From NCBI GenBank assembly GCA_964525185.1, contig CAZGFQ010000006.1, positions 3,573 to 67,572 of the forward strand: a DNA stretch of 64,000 nucleotides, read 5' to 3'. This DNA comes from an uncultured bacterium (GTDB taxonomy: Bacteria > Fidelibacterota > Marinisomatia > Marinisomatales > UBA1611). Below are positions 9,784-19,797 of the stretch, piece by piece. The position numbers and the translations under genes are program-made. The notes under the pieces were generated by a model. The model had not been told where the DNA came from. It did no database searches and saw only the letters and a list, made by a program, of their open reading frames with translations. How positions within the stretch are numbered: position 1 is the first letter of the stretch; each line of letters starts with the position of its first letter.

Positions 9784-10338
9784 TTAGTTAAAATTATTCA
9801 TTGTTTTGTTTAAACCGTTTCTTAAAACTGACTCAGCAGCATCAGCCATTTCTACGACTATTTCATCTGCTAATACTGAATCCTTATTTTTGAATGGTTT
9901 AAGAACATATTTTTCAGAAGGCCTTATTTTTTCACCCTCAACTGCTATACCAAACCGAATACGAGGAAATTGGGTATTCCCTAATTGGTAAATAATAGAT
10001 TCCATCCCGCGATGACATCCATCTCCACCCTTAGGTCTAATTCGTATCGACCCCAACGGAAGATCAACATCATCTAAAATAATAAATAAATTAGATAAAT
10101 CTATTCCCCATCGTTTTACAACATCTTTAACGGGAATTCCACTTCCATTCATTCCGATTGTAGGCTTCACAAGCAAAAATTTTCTTTTTTTATCTTCCGC
10201 AAAAACATATTGACCTTGCCCTGGTTGAAAATTGATTTTCCAACGACGCGCAAGCTCATCCACAACCCAGAAACCTGCATTATGTTTCGTTTTTGAGTAT
10301 TCATGCCCTGTGTTACCTAGACCGACAAATGCGATCAT
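9784..10338 (-). CDS. pth: Peptidyl-tRNA hydrolase
   Basis: MIAFVGLGNTGHEYSKTKHNAGFWVVDE is a typical Pth N-terminus. Confidence 0.9.
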   Translation of the reverse strand: MIAFVGLGNTGHEYSKTKHNAGFWVVDELARRWKINFQPGQGQYVFAEDKKRKFLLVKPTIGMNGSGIPVKDVVKRWGIDLSNLFIILDDVDLPLGSIRIRPKGGDGCHRGMESIIYQLGNTQFPRIRFGIAVEGEKIRPSEKYVLKPFKNKDSVLADEIVVEMADAAESVLRNGLNKTMNNFN

Positions 10339-10340
10339 AA

Positions 10341-11012
10341 CTATTCAGTTTCATCTCCAGATGCATCATCGGAGGAAGCTTCTTCTGAGCCGCCATCGCT
10401 GGTTGTGTCACCATCTTCATCCATTTCATCTTCAAGATCAGTTTCAGGTTCTTCTTCAGCTGCGGGTGGATGAATTGAGGCAACATTAATATCATCACTT
10501 GTTACAATTTCAATATCATCATTTCCCGTACTTACATCGGCGATACTTAAACTAGCATTCAATTCAAGTTCTGATATATCAACTGTAATCTGTTCAGGAA
10601 CATCTGTTGGAAAACAATTAATTTCTACAGACATTAATTGTTGAGATAAAACACCCCCTTCTTTAACACCGATTGCTTCCCCTTCTAAAACTAGCGGAAC
10701 AGTAATACTGATTTTTTCTGATCTTCTTACACGCATAAGATCTAAATGAACCACATCATCTGTTACGGGGTGATACTGCATTTGCTTAATCATAGCAAAT
10801 TGTGTTTCTCCACCTGTTTCAATTTCAAAAATATGTTGACCAGAATGAAGCGCATGAAATAAATCTCCACTATCAATACTTAGATTTACATTTTCAGTCC
10901 CAGCGTAATACAAAATTGCTGGAACCTTGCCTTCGCGACGCATAGCTCTGGCAAATTTACCACCTGTTGTTGTTCGTTCTTTAATGTTTAGCTTGTAATA
11001 AGATGAAGCCAT
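10341..11012 (-). CDS. rplY: 50S ribosomal protein L25 / general stress protein Ctc, with acidic tail
   Basis: L25/Ctc core (REGKVPAILYY, YHPVTDDVVHLDL) plus a ~40-aa D/E/S-rich C-terminus. Confidence 0.85.
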   Translation of the reverse strand: MASSYYKLNIKERTTTGGKFARAMRREGKVPAILYYAGTENVNLSIDSGDLFHALHSGQHIFEIETGGETQFAMIKQMQYHPVTDDVVHLDLMRVRRSEKISITVPLVLEGEAIGVKEGGVLSQQLMSVEINCFPTDVPEQITVDISELELNASLSIADVSTGNDDIEIVTSDDINVASIHPPAAEEEPETDLEDEMDEDGDTTSDGGSEEASSDDASGDETE

Positions 11013-11028
11013 TTTTTTTATCTCCTAT

Positions 11029-11979
11029 TTAAAATTCGAAAAGGGCACTAACAGATTCACCATGATGAATCCTTCCTAGTGCTTCTCCAAAAACTTTTGA
11101 TACTGTTACTATTTCCATATTTGGTAATATTTTTTCATCTGGTAAAAATATAGTATCAGTTAATATTATTTTTTTTATTGGCGCGTTACTAAGTCTTTCA
11201 ATAGCTGGCCCAGATAAAACTCCATGGGTGGCTACTGCAGTTACACTTTTCGCACCTTCTTTCATTGCCGCTTCAGCTGCATTTGCAGTTGTTCCGGCTG
11301 TATCAATCATATCGTCTATGATTAAAACATCTAATCCCCTTAAATCTCCAATTAAATGACTGATTTTTGCTTGGTTGGGTTTAAATCGACGTTTGTCAAT
11401 AAGCGCAAAATTCATTCCAAATCGTTTTGCGTAAGATTGCCCCATGGGTGCAGACCCAATATCTGGCGCTAATACAACACTTTTTTCATAATTAAATCCT
11501 TGTGAAGATATAGCATCCAACAATACCATACGACTATACAAATGATCGAATGGAATAGTGGCAAATCCTTGAATCTGAGTTGAGTGTAAATCCATACTAA
11601 TAATTCTATCTGCTCCAAGAGTAGAAATGACATCTACCATTACCCTCGATGAAATTGGAACTCTAGGCTGATCTTTTCGATCCTGCCTTCCGTACCCAAA
11701 ATATGGAATTACAACCGTCACGCGTTCTGCTGAAGCACGGACTGCCGCATCAATCATAAGAAAAAGCTCCATTAGGTTTTCTGACGGTCCATTCGTGGAC
11801 TGAATCAGGAAAACATCTTTTCCTCTAATATTTTCTTCATAACGAACCCACAATTCTCCATCCGAAAATGTACGTATGGATATTTGGCCGAGATTATGCC
11901 CCATTGAGGATGCAATTTTCTCCGCTAAGACCAAATTACTACGGCCTGAAAAAAGTTTCATATTGTTTTGTGTTGTCAT
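11029..11979 (-). CDS. prs: Ribose-phosphate pyrophosphokinase
   Basis: DLHSTQIQGFATIPFDHLY and the PRPP-binding loop DVLIIDDMIDTAGT. Confidence 0.95.
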   Translation of the reverse strand: MTTQNNMKLFSGRSNLVLAEKIASSMGHNLGQISIRTFSDGELWVRYEENIRGKDVFLIQSTNGPSENLMELFLMIDAAVRASAERVTVVIPYFGYGRQDRKDQPRVPISSRVMVDVISTLGADRIISMDLHSTQIQGFATIPFDHLYSRMVLLDAISSQGFNYEKSVVLAPDIGSAPMGQSYAKRFGMNFALIDKRRFKPNQAKISHLIGDLRGLDVLIIDDMIDTAGTTANAAEAAMKEGAKSVTAVATHGVLSGPAIERLSNAPIKKIILTDTIFLPDEKILPNMEIVTVSKVFGEALGRIHHGESVSALFEF

Positions 11980-11984
11980 GATTG

Positions 11985-12055
11985 CTGGGGCGTAGGGAAT
12001 CGAACCCCAACTACCTGGACCAAAACCAGGTGTCCTACCGTTAGACGACGCCCCA
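11985..12055 (-). tRNA. tRNA-Gln (anticodon UUG)
   Basis: I folded the cloverleaf by hand. Acceptor TGGGGCG/CGCCCCA, anticodon stem CCTGG/CCAGG with loop TT-TTG-GT, T-arm TGGGG-TTCGATT-CCCTA. CCA is not encoded. Confidence 0.9.
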
Positions 12056-12073
12056 ATTAATTTTTGGGCTTAA

Positions 12074-12964
12074 TTACAACAATCTTTGTATAGGGTAAGT
12101 TAGAACGGTACGATATTCGGATGATATTTCTGACTCGGCTTTTATTGCATCGGCTTCCTCGTCAAAGATTCCGAACACAGTCGAGCCACTTCCCGACAGA
12201 CTGGTATATTTTGCTCCATAAGCTTGAATCAATTCCTTGATTCTACCAATCTCTGGATATGTTGGAATTACTACTAATTCAAAATCATTCTCAAAAAGCT
12301 CAAGAGGACTTTCATCCCCCTGAAAAAGGTTGGCGAAATTATGAGGATCCATTTCTCTGTCCAAGTGCTTTTTTATCTGTGTATACGCTTGAGATGTATC
12401 AATAGAAATGTCAGGGATCACAAGTAAATAAGTCCCATTAATGGTATTTTCAATGGGTGTTAATATTTCACCTATACCTTCCCCCAATTGGGTACCGCCT
12501 TGAATAAAAAAAGGTACATCCGCTCCAAGTGATTTCCCAAAACTCATTAATTCGCTTTCAGTAGCATTTAAGCCATATAAAGTATTTAACCCAGTTAAAA
12601 TAGTGGCAGCATTTGAAGAGCCTCCACCAAGACCCCCTCCTGCCGGTATATTTTTATTTAATTCAATAGTCACACCTGTGGGAATTTTATAATGGTCGGA
12701 AAATATATTCCATGCTTGCACACATAAATTTGAAGTATCATTCTTAAGCCAATCCACATTGGATGAGAATTCGCACCCTTGGGTTGTTTTGGTTAAAGAG
12801 ATAGTATCATAAAACGATATTTCTTGAAAAACAGATTGAATATTATGATAGCCATCAGAGCGTTTATTTACAATCCGAAGACCAATATTTACCTTCGCGT
12901 ATGATTTTAAAGTAAGTGATTTTTTCAACGAGATGATACTGTGGCAATACTTTGAACTGCCCAA
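12074..12964 (-). CDS. ispE: 4-diphosphocytidyl-2-C-methyl-D-erythritol kinase
   Basis: AKVNIGLRIV..RSDGYH and the GHMP kinase loop PAGGGLGGGSSNAA. The true start may be the TTG at 12928, which forms TTGA with the ispF stop. Confidence 0.9.
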   Translation of the reverse strand: MGSSKYCHSIISLKKSLTLKSYAKVNIGLRIVNKRSDGYHNIQSVFQEISFYDTISLTKTTQGCEFSSNVDWLKNDTSNLCVQAWNIFSDHYKIPTGVTIELNKNIPAGGGLGGGSSNAATILTGLNTLYGLNATESELMSFGKSLGADVPFFIQGGTQLGEGIGEILTPIENTINGTYLLVIPDISIDTSQAYTQIKKHLDREMDPHNFANLFQGDESPLELFENDFELVVIPTYPEIGRIKELIQAYGAKYTSLSGSGSTVFGIFDEEADAIKAESEISSEYRTVLTYPIQRLL

Positions 12965-13401
12965 CCTTTTCCTTCACCAATGTATCCTAAATAATCAGTT
13001 GTTGTTGCCTTGATTGATACTTGATTTTCATCAATCTGAAGTATGTATGATAATTTGTATTTCATTTCAGCTATAAAGCCTGAAATTTTGGGTTGTTGTA
13101 AAATAATTACACTATCAATATGGTTTATATCAAACCCAGCTTCATGGACTCTATTTGCCGTTTCGGTTAAAAAATGGCTACTCGCCACTCCCTTCCATGA
13201 AGTATCATCGCTTGGAAAGTATTGCCCAATATCACCCAAAGAAGCTGCTCCTAGTAATGCATCTACTATTGCATGAATAAGCGCATCACCATCTGAATGT
13301 CCTACAGACCCTTTTTGACTGGGTATTTCAACACCTCCAACAATGAGCTTTTCACCGTCTGCTAGCTGGTGGGCATCATATCCAATTCCGGTTCTAATCA
13401 T
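12925..13401 (-). CDS. ispF: 2-C-methyl-D-erythritol 2,4-cyclodiphosphate synthase
   Basis: MIRTGIGYDAHQL and GHSDGDALIHAIVDALLGA. Confidence 0.95.
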   Translation of the reverse strand: MIRTGIGYDAHQLADGEKLIVGGVEIPSQKGSVGHSDGDALIHAIVDALLGAASLGDIGQYFPSDDTSWKGVASSHFLTETANRVHEAGFDINHIDSVIILQQPKISGFIAEMKYKLSYILQIDENQVSIKATTTDYLGYIGEGKGWAVQSIATVSSR

Positions 13402-14096
13402 ACGTGTTCCCTATTCTCCATAATTTTGCTTGCTAATTCCCAGTCATCTTGTGTTGTGATTTTCATATTCCTAGGTGACCCTTCCACGATCCCAATATTA
13501 AAACCTGCATGCTCCATAATAGACGATTCATCGGTTCCAATAAAGTTGTTTTCATGAGCAAAATCAAATGCTTTTATTAATTTATCTTTGTGAAACGATT
13601 GAGGTGTTTGAGCTTGCCAGAGAATTGCGCGGTCCATAGTAGCTTGAATAGTCAATCCATCTGATTGTTTTATAGTGTCACTCGCAGGAATTGCAACTAT
13701 AGCACCATCCATAGATGTGCATTTATTTATACTATCCCTAATCATTGAATCTGTTACAAATGGTCTAGCCGCATCATGAATACATATACATTCAGAATCT
13801 TTCGAAGAAGCTTTGATTCCATTCATAACTGATTCCTGTCTCAATTTTCCTCCATCAATTACTTTTATTTTTCTTGTTGGAAATATAGAAACAACTTCCC
13901 GTAATACCTGATGTCTTTCTGTTGATGGAACTACAAGAATGATTTCATCAATCCACCGAGAATTAATAAAGGGTCTTATGGTATAATAAAGAAGTGGACG
14001 ATTACCAAATAGTTTAAACTGCTTGGTTTCACCAAACCGTGAGCCGCTTCCTGCGGCTGGAATAATAGCGCAAACTTTAAATGGAGATTTAGACAC
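13398..14096 (-). CDS. ispD: 2-C-methyl-D-erythritol 4-phosphate cytidylyltransferase
   Basis: AIIPAAGSGSRFG nucleotide-binding loop, size 232 aa, and a 4-nt overlap with ispF. Confidence 0.9.
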   Translation of the reverse strand: MSKSPFKVCAIIPAAGSGSRFGETKQFKLFGNRPLLYYTIRPFINSRWIDEIILVVPSTERHQVLREVVSIFPTRKIKVIDGGKLRQESVMNGIKASSKDSECICIHDAARPFVTDSMIRDSINKCTSMDGAIVAIPASDTIKQSDGLTIQATMDRAILWQAQTPQSFHKDKLIKAFDFAHENNFIGTDESSIMEHAGFNIGIVEGSPRNMKITTQDDWELASKIMENREHV

Positions 14097-14098
14097 TA

Positions 14099-15151
14099 CT
14101 AAACTATTATCATCGAATCCCCATAACTGAGGAAACGATAATTATTTTTCTTCGCTTCGCGGTAAGCCTTCATCATTAAATCTCGATCTGAAAATGCGGA
14201 AACCATCATCATTAATGTAGATTTTGGCGTATGAAAATTTGTTATCATCCGGTCGACCATTTTAAAATCGTATGGAGGATAAATAAATTTATCTGTCCAA
14301 CCGCGCTTTGGCGATACTTGAAATCCCGATACAACAACCGTCTCTAGAGCTCGAACAGTAGAAGTTCCTACAGCTACAATTCGTCTATGTTTTTTTCGAG
14401 CTTCGTTAATAGCTAATGCTACTTTTGGTGATACTTCAAAATATTCCGAATCCATTTGGTGTCGATTTAAATCTTCTACCTGAACAGGTCGAAATGTACC
14501 CAACCCTATATGAAGAGTTATGTATTCTATTTTTACACCCTTCTTTTCTAATTTCTTTAGAAGGGGTGGTGTAAAGTGCAATCCTGCAGTTGGGGCAGCG
14601 ACTGCACCTCGCTCTTCTGCATAAACGGTTTGGTATCTCTTTTTATCAGATGTTTCTGCATCTCGGTTTATGTATGGTGGAAGGGGTGAAATACCAATTT
14701 TATCAATCATGCTATGGAGATCATCGCCATCATATTCAAAGCGCACTACACGTCCGCCAGAAACAGTATTGTCAATAACATCACATTGCATTTTTGGAGT
14801 AAACATTAATTTATTTCCAATTCGAACTTTTCTCGCTGGCTTTACCATTACCTCCCAAAGATCATTGGATAATTCACGTAATAGGAAAACTTCTACTTTA
14901 GCATCGGTTCTATCTTTTGTTGCAAACAATCGCGCTGGAAACACTTTTGTTTTATTTAGAATTAATAAATCATTTTTCTTTAAATAATCTACAACATTGG
15001 AAAATTTCTTATGCTCAATCGTTTTTTCTTCACGATTGACTACCATCATTTTTGCCTGATCTCTTTTCGTTTCTGGGTATTGGGCAATATATTTTTTTGG
15101 TAAAGCATAATCAAAATCAGCCAATTTATATTTTTTCTTTTTTTCTATCAT
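14099..15151 (-). CDS. queA: S-adenosylmethionine:tRNA ribosyltransferase-isomerase
   Basis: [15 protein letters not shown]-terminus, [11 protein letters not shown], and C-terminal [12 protein letters not shown]. Confidence 0.9.
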   Translation of the reverse strand: MIEKKKKYKLADFDYALPKKYIAQYPETKRDQAKMMVVNREEKTIEHKKFSNVVDYLKKNDLLILNKTKVFPARLFATKDRTDAKVEVFLLRELSNDLWEVMVKPARKVRIGNKLMFTPKMQCDVIDNTVSGGRVVRFEYDGDDLHSMIDKIGISPLPPYINRDAETSDKKRYQTVYAEERGAVAAPTAGLHFTPPLLKKLEKKGVKIEYITLHIGLGTFRPVQVEDLNRHQMDSEYFEVSPKVALAINEARKKHRRIVAVGTSTVRALETVVVSGFQVSPKRGWTDKFIYPPYDFKMVDRMITNFHTPKSTLMMMVSAFSDRDLMMKAYREAKKNNYRFLSYGDSMIIV

Positions 15152-16176
15152 TCGAATAACCTCTGTTGTTCTTTTTTTATTGTTTTTCCTAATAATTTGA
15201 AAGCAGACTCTTGCGCTAACCTTCCTCTTGATGTTCGTTGTAAAAACCCATTTTTAATTAAAAAAGGTTCATACACATCTTCTATTGTGTTTGGATCTTC
15301 TCCGATAGCAACCGCCAACGACTTAACACCGACAGGGCCTCCGTCAAACTTATCGATAAGTATTTCAAGAATTTTCCTATCCATATCATCAAGCCCAATT
15401 TCGTCAATCCCTAATGTATCTAATGCTCCTTTTGCGACACTCATATCAATTTTACCATTTGCTTTAACTTGAGCAAAATCTCTTGTTCTTCTTAAAATAC
15501 GGTTAGCCACTCGGGGAGTTCCTCTACTTCTTCTTGCAAGCTCCATGGCACCATCATCGTCGATTTCTACTTCTAAAATATCAGCAGATCGATTAATAAT
15601 ATGAAATAAATCTTCAGGTTCGTAATAGTTTAATCTCAATACGACACCAAATCTATCACGCAAAGGTGATGTTAAATTTCCTAATCGTGTGGTAGCTCCA
15701 ATAAGGGTAAAAGGTTCAATACTTAACTGAACACTTCTAGCGCTTGGACCTTTATCTATCATAATATCAATCGAAAAATCTTCCATCGCTGAATAAAGAT
15801 ATTCTTCAACCACACTATTAAGGCGGTGTATTTCGTCAATAAAAAAAACATCTCTATGGCCAAGGTTTGTAATCATCCCCGCCAAATCGCCAGCTCGTTC
15901 TAAGACTGGGCCGGATGCTTGTTTAATATTGGCATTCAATTCCTTAGATATAATATTAGCCAAAGTTGTTTTTCCAAGTCCGGGAGGCCCAAATAATAAT
16001 ACATGATCTAAAGCATCGCCGCGATTATTTGCAGCTTCTATGTATAACTTAAGATTGTCTACCAAATCTTTTTGACCGATAAATTCATCAAAGCAAGATG
16101 GGCGGAGTGATTTCTCTATAACAAGGTCATCATCAAATGGGGTTGGGTCTGTAATATGTATTTCTGTCACAATCAA
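15148..16176 (-). CDS. ruvB: Holliday junction branch-migration helicase RuvB
   Basis: Walker [10 protein letters not shown], Walker B FFIDEIHR and [13 protein letters not shown]. Confidence 0.95.
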   Translation of the reverse strand: MIVTEIHITDPTPFDDDLVIEKSLRPSCFDEFIGQKDLVDNLKLYIEAANNRGDALDHVLLFGPPGLGKTTLANIISKELNANIKQASGPVLERAGDLAGMITNLGHRDVFFIDEIHRLNSVVEEYLYSAMEDFSIDIMIDKGPSARSVQLSIEPFTLIGATTRLGNLTSPLRDRFGVVLRLNYYEPEDLFHIINRSADILEVEIDDDGAMELARRSRGTPRVANRILRRTRDFAQVKANGKIDMSVAKGALDTLGIDEIGLDDMDRKILEILIDKFDGGPVGVKSLAVAIGEDPNTIEDVYEPFLIKNGFLQRTSRGRLAQESAFKLLGKTIKKEQQRLFE

Positions 16177-16261
16177 ATAATCAATAATCGATCAAAATCC
16201 AGTCTTGAAGATACAAAATTGCTCAAGGGGGTTGTCAAGAGGGGAAGAATTTATTTTTTAA

Positions 16262-17422
16262 TTATATTTTTGATAAAGATTGATCAATATCGTCGATAAG
16301 ATCATCGGAGATTTCAATGCCAACAGAAAATCGGATTAAAGTTTCGCTAATGCCTAAACTTTCCCGTTCGTTTTGTGTCATTCCAATATGGGAACTTACT
16401 GCTGGTCTTGTAATTAATGAGTCCACCCCACCAAGGCTTGGCGCATCAGTTGGTAAAGTTAAATTAGAAATAAAATCATCAGAATTTTTAACAGTCCCAT
16501 CTAAAACAAAACTCATCATTCCTCCAAAACCATCAAATAAAGTTGATGCAATTTGATGATTAGGGTGAGACTTTAAACCAGGATAGTTTACTTGGCTCAC
16601 TTTTGGATGCAACTCTAGATATTTCGCAATTTTAAGCGCATTTTCATTTTGTCTTTCTACGCGAAGAGACAAAGTTTTCATACCGCGATGTAATAAAAAA
16701 CATGCATGAGGGTCTAAACTCCCGCCATAATGATCTAAATGAAATTTTATTTTATCAATAATATCACAGCTTCCAATTACAGCACCCGCAACAATATCCG
16801 AATGACCATTTAAATATTTTGACCCACTATGAATAGAAATATCAAACCCCCACTCAATCGGCCGAAAGTTAACAGGGCTTGCAAATGTGTTGTCAATAAT
16901 TGATATAAGATTATTGCTTCTTGCAAACTTAGTAATTGCTTCTAAATCTGCAACTTGTAAAAGTGGGTTCGACATGGTTTCAACATAAATTAATTGAGTA
17001 TTCTCTTTAATTGCACTTTTCCAAGTATCTGGTTTATTTCCATTAATAAAATCAAAAGTTATTCCTCTTCGAGGAAAGTCTTTACTCATTAATGTATGGG
17101 TACCACCATAAAGGCAATCTTGCGCAAGAAAATGGTCTCCTTTAGACAACAAGGAATATAATGTTGTTGATATAGCAGCCATCCCGCTTGCTGTTACAAT
17201 TGCATCTTCCCCATTCTCGATTGAAGCTAATTTTTCATGTAGTACAACTTGATTTGGGGTATTGTTAAGTCGAATATATCGGACATCGTGGTAACTAGTT
17301 TCGCCTGCAGATTCAAATGTAGATGACTGAAAGATTGGCATACTAACTGAACCGAGAATTTTCGGCTTTGGTTCGCCACCATGAATCAATTTAGTATCAA
17401 TTGGTTTCTTCTTAGCTGCCAT
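16262..17422 (-). CDS. Cys/Met-metabolism PLP-dependent enzyme (cystathionine gamma-synthase / beta-lyase / methionine gamma-lyase family)
   Basis: PLP-lysine motif HSGSKYLNGHSD, plus family-typical PIFQSSTF and SLGGVDSLI. Confidence 0.8.
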   Translation of the reverse strand: MAAKKKPIDTKLIHGGEPKPKILGSVSMPIFQSSTFESAGETSYHDVRYIRLNNTPNQVVLHEKLASIENGEDAIVTASGMAAISTTLYSLLSKGDHFLAQDCLYGGTHTLMSKDFPRRGITFDFINGNKPDTWKSAIKENTQLIYVETMSNPLLQVADLEAITKFARSNNLISIIDNTFASPVNFRPIEWGFDISIHSGSKYLNGHSDIVAGAVIGSCDIIDKIKFHLDHYGGSLDPHACFLLHRGMKTLSLRVERQNENALKIAKYLELHPKVSQVNYPGLKSHPNHQIASTLFDGFGGMMSFVLDGTVKNSDDFISNLTLPTDAPSLGGVDSLITRPAVSSHIGMTQNERESLGISETLIRFSVGIEISDDLIDDIDQSLSKI

Positions 17423-17487
17423 TTTGTTTCTTTTGAGTTTTTTGAATCACACTTATTTAAGGTATTTATGGTTTTACCTGTTTTAGT

Positions 17488-19797
17488 TTAAAAAATATTA
17501 AAAACAGATTTAGCATTTTCTAATCTTTCATTGCGTTCGTTTGCAAATCGAGTTATTGCTTTCCATTGCCACTCCGCTGATAAATGAGCCTCATCAATCA
17601 CTTCATCTAGCGTTCCCCCTGAACGCCATCGATCATCCCAATCAGCAGAAATTGAATATTCTTTTACAATTGGATATTTTGCCCAATTATTCATATTCCC
17701 AATACTTGTATTTGTAATTATCATTGCATCTACCCATTCAGTGTCTGAAATGACAGAATTTTTATATTCATTTGATTGCATTTCAAATAATCCATATGAT
17801 AAAACAGCTACAATTTTCACATTGGGCCCATCTTCGGCAAATTGACTCAATAAAGTTAACAATTCATCAATAGCCTTTGTGCCTCGAATAAATACAACTC
17901 CTTTATGTGGGCGATTATTATCATAATTTCTAATAATGTATGCGCCTTTTGCTGCATCAAAATGACTTGCCATACCTAATGCTTCTCTATTGGGTATTTC
18001 CACACCAGGCCGTGTCAAATGAAGAGCAATAATTGGTATGTCAGCTGCTAAAGCTGCACCCAACATTGCAGGAACTTCATTATACTCATATGGATGCAAA
18101 TTAAGAACATGTCCCTTTGGAAATAATTGAGTTACGCCAGGAGAAAATATTCCAAAATGGGTTCTACTATCTTCAGCTGTTTCCGGGCCACTATGTCCAG
18201 CTACCCAAATTGTTTTACCAACTTTTAACTGAGAATCTTGAGCAACCTGACTAAATAAGCGATAAGCTCCATATTTCAAATACGAAAAAGAACCATATGT
18301 GCTAGAAGCGGTATAAAAACCATTAAAATCATCAAACCCATCGTCAGAAAAGTTTACCGAACTGATTCCAACATTAATCCCTGCATTTGCAAATTCCGTA
18401 ATCCCTTGTGGCATTAAGGAGCCTTTTGGATTGTTATCGCGATGATACATACCAGAGTCTGGAGTATTGCCGTATCCTTTAGAAAAACCTGCAATATTAG
18501 TTGATCCAGCCAAATCCGCAGAATTCACAAGAAATAATGGGCGCCCATATTTTTCCTGTGTATAAGAATTTATCCAGGAACCAAAATCTCCAAACCCGGC
18601 TCTGTTAGGGGCTGTTTCACCAGATTTTTTATAAAAAGGATAATTTTTATAATCAAACAATACAGGATCATTTAAGGGGTTTTCCTTGAATTGATTATCA
18701 TCTTCTAACTCCACATTATCGCCTAACTCAATTAGTCGATCTGCTAGATAATCGAGTAAGCCTTCTTGTTTATCGAATAAGGATAAAACTGATTGGAGCA
18801 CATCGGCCATTTGGCTTTTATTTGTTTCATAATCTACTTCAGCTGTATCACCTTGGTGAGGAATTTCAATTCCATATTTTTTTGAATAATTTGATTTTGT
18901 TTCCCAAAATTCAGATGAATTTCTTTTATGTGGTGCTCCGTGACTGGGTGCATCAAATTTGCCGTACCCACGACCTTTTCTCATTTTCATATATATCATT
19001 TTAGGTTGATGTGGATTATCATTATCCATTAACCGGCAATAGGCGCTCATAAGTTCTTCCCAATTTTCACCATCTTCAACACCTTCAACAGCCCAACCAT
19101 ATGGCTCAAACCAATCGCGAGGTGTTCCTGCCATTACATCGCTAAAGGGGCGACCATCAATTCCAAAATCATTCCAATCCACAAGTGTTATGAAGTTGCC
19201 TAATCCTAAGCCATATGCAGAATTTTTTGTTTCATGAATCACACCTGGAGTTAAACCACCTTCTCCTTCAATTGTAAATACCTTAACCTGATTCATACCC
19301 GCGTATTTCAAAGCAAATGCTTGCCCCGCTGCAATAGGAAACCCGTGCCCACTTGGTCCAGTATTTGATTTAAAAAATAATGTTTTTCCTTCCATTTCCG
19401 CATGCCCTGGAAGCCCGCCCCTGCGACGCAACGTTAATACATCTTCCCATGTAAGGGTGAATTTTTCTCCTAGCGGATTTAAATATTTATCATCTCCGGT
19501 TTGTTGATATTTTCTACGTAACGCTTCATTAAACACAGCTAGGGTAGCATATACAACTGGGTTGGCATGTCCAGCACTTAATATAAATCTATCTCCATAT
19601 CGCTTACCCGGATTTCGAATATCCCACGACATAGCTCCAGATAATAGTGTTGAAACTAGCGCATACACTTTTGATCGACTTCCGCCCGGGTGCCCACTTT
19701 GACTCAAATTCAACATAACATCAATATGTTGATCAATCATATCTTTAATGGATTCCCAATATTTAAAATCGGGTTTTAATTCATAAAGCGTTTTCAT
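17488..19797 (-). CDS. Transketolase-family ThDP enzyme (long, divergent form)
   Basis: SGHPGGSRS, SAGHANPVVY, a GEGGLTPG...WNDFGIDG ThDP/metal motif (GDG changed to GEG), SADLAGSTN and AEDSRTHF. It is 769 aa versus about 660 aa for canonical Tkt. Confidence 0.65.
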   Translation of the reverse strand: MKTLYELKPDFKYWESIKDMIDQHIDVMLNLSQSGHPGGSRSKVYALVSTLLSGAMSWDIRNPGKRYGDRFILSAGHANPVVYATLAVFNEALRRKYQQTGDDKYLNPLGEKFTLTWEDVLTLRRRGGLPGHAEMEGKTLFFKSNTGPSGHGFPIAAGQAFALKYAGMNQVKVFTIEGEGGLTPGVIHETKNSAYGLGLGNFITLVDWNDFGIDGRPFSDVMAGTPRDWFEPYGWAVEGVEDGENWEELMSAYCRLMDNDNPHQPKMIYMKMRKGRGYGKFDAPSHGAPHKRNSSEFWETKSNYSKKYGIEIPHQGDTAEVDYETNKSQMADVLQSVLSLFDKQEGLLDYLADRLIELGDNVELEDDNQFKENPLNDPVLFDYKNYPFYKKSGETAPNRAGFGDFGSWINSYTQEKYGRPLFLVNSADLAGSTNIAGFSKGYGNTPDSGMYHRDNNPKGSLMPQGITEFANAGINVGISSVNFSDDGFDDFNGFYTASSTYGSFSYLKYGAYRLFSQVAQDSQLKVGKTIWVAGHSGPETAEDSRTHFGIFSPGVTQLFPKGHVLNLHPYEYNEVPAMLGAALAADIPIIALHLTRPGVEIPNREALGMASHFDAAKGAYIIRNYDNNRPHKGVVFIRGTKAIDELLTLLSQFAEDGPNVKIVAVLSYGLFEMQSNEYKNSVISDTEWVDAMIITNTSIGNMNNWAKYPIVKEYSISADWDDRWRSGGTLDEVIDEAHLSAEWQWKAITRFANERNERLENAKSVFNIF

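Noticed and set aside
17423-17487. A possible SAM/Met riboswitch or T-box leader upstream of the Cys/Met PLP-enzyme gene.
   Set aside because: The gap is only 65 nt and AT-rich with no conserved riboswitch core. The gene is more likely co-transcribed with the transketolase-like gene.
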